Positions 60,628 to 64,000 of a DNA stretch of 64,000 bases are shown one piece after another (position 1 is the stretch's first letter; each line of letters starts with the position of its first letter). Under the pieces are notes generated by a model that did not search any database, had not been told where the DNA came from, and saw only the letters and a program-made list of their open reading frames with translations. The position numbers were made by a program, and so were the translations under genes. Source of the stretch: an uncultured Candidatus Rokubacteria bacterium (GTDB taxonomy: Bacteria > Methylomirabilota > Methylomirabilia > Rokubacteriales > CSP1-6); NCBI GenBank assembly GCA_963754315.1, contig CAVWFS010000018.1, forward strand, positions 640,001 through 704,000, written 5' to 3'.

Positions 60628-61610
60628 CCACGCGTCGGGTGCCCGACGAGATCCTGGCCCTCCTGGGTGGCCACGGTGGGCGGGCTCTCATGCTCGGACA
60701 CGTCCATCCCGATGGGGACGTGCTCGGGACCCTGCTCGCCCTCGGACTCGCACTGCAGACGCGCGGTTGGCAGGTCGTCTACGGAGGCCCCCATCCGGCG
60801 CCAGCCATTCTCGATTTCCTCCCCGGGGTCGAGCACTACCGTGTTCTGGAGGGCCTTCAAGGGAGCTTCGAGGTGGCCGTGCTCACCGACTGCCCGAACC
60901 CTGATCGTACCGAGGGGTTGATCGGCCAGGCACGCCAGGTTTCGGGCCGAATCGTGAACATCGACCACCATCCTGACAATCGGCGCTACGGGGACGTGAA
61001 CTGGGTGGTTCCGCAGGCGGCGGCCACCGGCGAGTTGGTCTACGAGCTGCTGGTTGCGTTGGGAATTGCCATCACGCCGGCCATGGCGACCAATTTGTTC
61101 GCGGCCATTCACACCGACACGGGGTCCTTTCGCTATTCGAACGTGACCCCAGATACCCTTCGCATTGCCGGGGCCCTCGTGGCGGCCGGTGCCGACCCTG
61201 CGATGGTATCGGGGAATCTCTACGAGCGACGCGCACCAGAGGCTCTGCGCTCGCTGGCCGAGGTCCTCGGGCGTGTTCAGATGAGCGAGGACCGCCGGGT
61301 AGCCTGGCTGAGCCTGCCGGGCGGCCTCGTTCCCGATGACTTCATCGATGCCGAAGACCTCGTCACCTATCCACGCTCCATCGGATCGGTCCGGGTGGCA
61401 TGCCTGTTCCGGGAGCGCGACGGGCGTGTGAAGGTGAGCCTTCGCGGCAAGGGAGAAGCTGACGTACGTCAGATCGCAGCCAGGTTCGGAGGTGGGGGGC
61501 ACCCGAACGCGGCCGGCTGTAGCGTCGACGGCTCGCTGGAGGGGGTGACCAAGGACGTGCTCGCCGTGGTCTTCCAGGCGGTGGCCTCCACCGACCCGAG
61601 CCTGGACTAA
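60624..61610 (+). CDS. nrnA: DHH/DHHA1 phosphoesterase (NrnA-like)
   Basis: HPDGD, NIDHH, TDTGSF and GGGGHPNAAG. Confidence 0.9.
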   Translation: MTTRRVPDEILALLGGHGGRALMLGHVHPDGDVLGTLLALGLALQTRGWQVVYGGPHPAPAILDFLPGVEHYRVLEGLQGSFEVAVLTDCPNPDRTEGLIGQARQVSGRIVNIDHHPDNRRYGDVNWVVPQAAATGELVYELLVALGIAITPAMATNLFAAIHTDTGSFRYSNVTPDTLRIAGALVAAGADPAMVSGNLYERRAPEALRSLAEVLGRVQMSEDRRVAWLSLPGGLVPDDFIDAEDLVTYPRSIGSVRVACLFRERDGRVKVSLRGKGEADVRQIAARFGGGGHPNAAGCSVDGSLEGVTKDVLAVVFQAVASTDPSLD

Positions 61611-61613
61611 CAC

Positions 61614-62552
61614 ATGAAGCGAACGCGGATCGCGGCGCATTCCGGCGTCTTGGTGGTCGACAAGGCCGCTGGTCTCACCTCGTTCGACGTCGTGGCGCGC
61701 GCCCGGCGAGCGCTCGGGGAGCGCCGCATTGGCCATGCCGGCACCCTAGATCCAGCAGCGGTGGGGGTCCTGCCTTTGCTCGTGGGCGAGGCCACGAAGC
61801 TGATGGCCTACTTGATCGAGCAGGACAAAGAGTACGTCGCGATCGTCCGACTTGGCGTGGCCACGGACACGCAAGACCTGAGCGGACGGATCATGGCCAC
61901 CAAGCCTGTACCAACGCTCGATCGAGGCCAGCTGGAACGCGTTCTCAAGAGGTTCGTCGGCCGCATCCGTCAGGCCCCCCCCATGTACTCGGCTGTCCAT
62001 CACGAAGGGCATCGCTTGTACGAGTTCGCACGCCAGGGTATCGAGGTTGTGCGGGAAGCGCGTGAGGTGGTGGTGCACGCAATCGAGCTTCTCGACATGC
62101 TGAGTGACCAGATCACCTTGAGGGTCGTCTGCGGCAAGGGGACCTATCTGCGCGCAATCGCGGCCGACGTCGGGGCAGACTTGGGCTGTGGCGGCGCCAT
62201 CGAGCATCTGGCACGGGTCCGAGTGGGACCCTTCAACCGTGTCGAGGCGCTGCCGTCAGACGACCTTGATCGGCTGGAGCGATCGGCCTTGCTGGAGCGC
62301 CTGCTTCCCGTCGATGCGCCGCTGGCTGCTTGGCCGGTGATCGCACTGGGTGACCGTGACGCCACCGCCTTCATACATGGCCAACCGGTGCCGTTACCCC
62401 GGGGTCGGGCCCAGCAGGGGGCGTTCGTCCGGATTCAGCACCAGGAGGGCCAGTTTCTGGGGGTGGGTGTGGCCGTTGCGGGAGGTACTCGCGTCAGGCC
62501 TGAACGAGTCGTCCATGCGGATTGTCCGGGGTATCGAGTCCGCCCCGCCTGA
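61614..62552 (+). CDS. truB: tRNA pseudouridine(55) synthase
   Basis: GHAGTLDP, PPMYSAV and CGKGTYLR. Confidence 0.96.
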   Translation: MKRTRIAAHSGVLVVDKAAGLTSFDVVARARRALGERRIGHAGTLDPAAVGVLPLLVGEATKLMAYLIEQDKEYVAIVRLGVATDTQDLSGRIMATKPVPTLDRGQLERVLKRFVGRIRQAPPMYSAVHHEGHRLYEFARQGIEVVREAREVVVHAIELLDMLSDQITLRVVCGKGTYLRAIAADVGADLGCGGAIEHLARVRVGPFNRVEALPSDDLDRLERSALLERLLPVDAPLAAWPVIALGDRDATAFIHGQPVPLPRGRAQQGAFVRIQHQEGQFLGVGVAVAGGTRVRPERVVHADCPGYRVRPA

Positions 62553-63432
62553 GTCGGCCGGGGGCGTCGTTGCTCTCGGCGTCTTCGACGGCATTCACCT
62601 TGGTCACCGCAAGATCCTGGGGTTTGCGGTCGGTCGGAGCCGCGATCTGACAGTGGCCTCGCTTGCCTGCACATTCGATCCGCAGCCGGTCGAGGTGCTC
62701 CAGCCGGAACGGGCGCCAGTGCCCATCACGACTCTCGAGGAGCGGCTTGAGCTGATCGCCGAAGCCGGTGTTCAGATGACGATCGTGCTGCCCTTCACGG
62801 CGGCTCTCGCCGGCATGGAGCCGGAGGCATTCATCGAGGACGTGATGCTCAGGAAGCTCGGGGTGCGGGAGATCGTGGTGGGGTTCAATCATCGCTTCGG
62901 CCGGGGTGCGCGCGGCGACCCCGCCTTGCTGGAGGCCCTCGCCGCCCGACTGGGTTTTCGCGCCCACGTGGTGGCGCCGCTGATCGTGGATGGGGGGCCC
63001 GTGTCGTCGACGGAGATTCGCGCGGCCCTCCAGCGAGGCGACCTCGACCGTGCCCACCGCTTGCTCGGGCGCGACTATTCGCTCGGCGGTGAGGTCGTTC
63101 GCGGCGCCGGTCGCGGGCGAACCCTTGGCTTCCCAACCGCCAACGTCAAGCCCGAACGGCCCCCGCTCATCCCTTTCGGGGTCTACGCCTGCTGGGCTTG
63201 GGTGGCCGGGGAGCGCCTCAAGGCCGTCGTCAACGTTGGAAGCCAGCCCACCTTTGGTGAGAATGCGGTGGCCATTGAAGCCCATCTCCTCGATTTCGAA
63301 GGCGATCTCTATGGGTGCCGCGTCCGTCTTGCTTTCGTCCGTCGCCTCCGCGCTGAGATGAGGTTTCCGTCGGTTGACGCGCTCCGGAAGCAGATTGGCA
63401 CGGACGCGGCCGAGGCCCGAAGCCTCCTCTAG
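62515..63432 (+). CDS. ribF: Bifunctional riboflavin kinase/FAD synthetase
   Basis: FDGIHLGH, VSSTEIR, GRTLGFPTAN and IEAHLLDF. Confidence 0.96.
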   Translation: MRIVRGIESAPPESAGGVVALGVFDGIHLGHRKILGFAVGRSRDLTVASLACTFDPQPVEVLQPERAPVPITTLEERLELIAEAGVQMTIVLPFTAALAGMEPEAFIEDVMLRKLGVREIVVGFNHRFGRGARGDPALLEALAARLGFRAHVVAPLIVDGGPVSSTEIRAALQRGDLDRAHRLLGRDYSLGGEVVRGAGRGRTLGFPTANVKPERPPLIPFGVYACWAWVAGERLKAVVNVGSQPTFGENAVAIEAHLLDFEGDLYGCRVRLAFVRRLRAEMRFPSVDALRKQIGTDAAEARSLL

Positions 63433-63550
63433 GCGGCTACGCCGTGGGCATGGTACACTCTGGAGGTATCTGCTGGTCACGTAAGGGTTTTTGAACCCGT
63501 CCCGGCGGATTCCATCCTCGGGGCGAGGCGATTGCACGGAGGCCCACCAC

Positions 63551-63820
63551 ATGCCGTTGAACGTTGAGAAGAAGCGAAGCGTGATCGAACAGTTCAGGAC
63601 GCACGAAGGCGACACGGGGTCGCCGGAGGTCCAGATCGCCCTGCTCAGTGAGCGAATCAACGGGCTCACGGATCACTTCAAGCAGCACGCCAAAGACCAC
63701 CACTCCCGGCGCGGCCTGCTGATGCTCATTGGCAAGCGTCGGGGTCTGATCGAGTACCTGAAGGCGAAGGATCCTGAGCGCTATCGGACGGTGCTCGACA
63801 AGCTCGGGATCCGTCGGTGA
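63551..63820 (+). CDS. rpsO: 30S ribosomal protein S15
   Basis: [12 protein letters not shown] and [12 protein letters not shown]. Extended -10-like TGGTACACT at 63451. Confidence 0.97.
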   Translation: MPLNVEKKRSVIEQFRTHEGDTGSPEVQIALLSERINGLTDHFKQHAKDHHSRRGLLMLIGKRRGLIEYLKAKDPERYRTVLDKLGIRR

Positions 63821-63953
63821 TTGACGGTCTTACCACGAAATCGGATTGGTCCTCGGACGGGGAGCTCCCGGGGGCCCTCGGGCGGACACAGGTCCGGCCC
63901 GGCATTCATGACGGTCGCCGACAGACGGCAGACCCACGAGGACAAGCATTCGT

Positions 63954-64000
63954 ATGACTCATACCGTATCGATCGATATCAATGGTGTTCCCTTTTCGAT
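63954..64000 (+). CDS. pnp: Probable start of polynucleotide phosphorylase (truncated by the window end)
   Basis: ATG 63954 gives MTHTVSIDINGVPFS. The call rests mainly on conserved rpsO-pnp synteny. Confidence 0.55.
   Translation, partial: MTHTVSIDINGVPFS

Noticed and set aside
63460..63550. rpsO (S15) leader RNA
   Set aside because: The position is plausible, but I could not match a convincing structure by eye. It needs a covariance-model search.
63821..63953. Structured RNA between rpsO and pnp
   Set aside because: Only short GC-rich stems are visible, with no clear terminator or family match.

Overview
High-GC bacterial chromosomal window with no rRNA, tRNA, CRISPR array or transposase that I can see. 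The gene style and the G-rich palindromic repeats suggest a Rokubacteria/Methylomirabilota-like organism (inference, unverified). Left third: peptide ABC binding protein, PdxA2 with a four-carbon acid sugar kinase, TlpA/CcdA, thrB, dcd, an orphan Pup-like gene, a decayed LysR, and a MoxR-DUF58-vWA-TPR-GalT-like operon. Middle: gdh divergent from a full isc operon (rrf2-iscS-iscU-iscA-hscB-hscA-fdx-iscX). That operon converges on a DsrEFH/TusDCB-like trio, which is divergent from a second cysteine desulfurase, cysE and an HD protein. Then come 87-bp palindromic repeats, dinB, a ferritin-like gene pair, a biotin carboxylase with carrier protein, an RpoD-like sigma factor, malic enzyme, glycosyltransferases and nth. 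Right third: the conserved translation cluster from rplM to the start of pnp. Top observation: the IscS in the isc operon has lost its PLP Schiff-base lysine (AHL instead of AHK) and its PLP-stacking histidine but keeps the persulfide cysteine and the IscU-docking tail. An intact desulfurase and sulfur-carrier genes lie next to it, which suggests a split or relay-type sulfur delivery system. About seven indels, some in essential genes, point to assembly errors, so frameshifts should not be read as biology.
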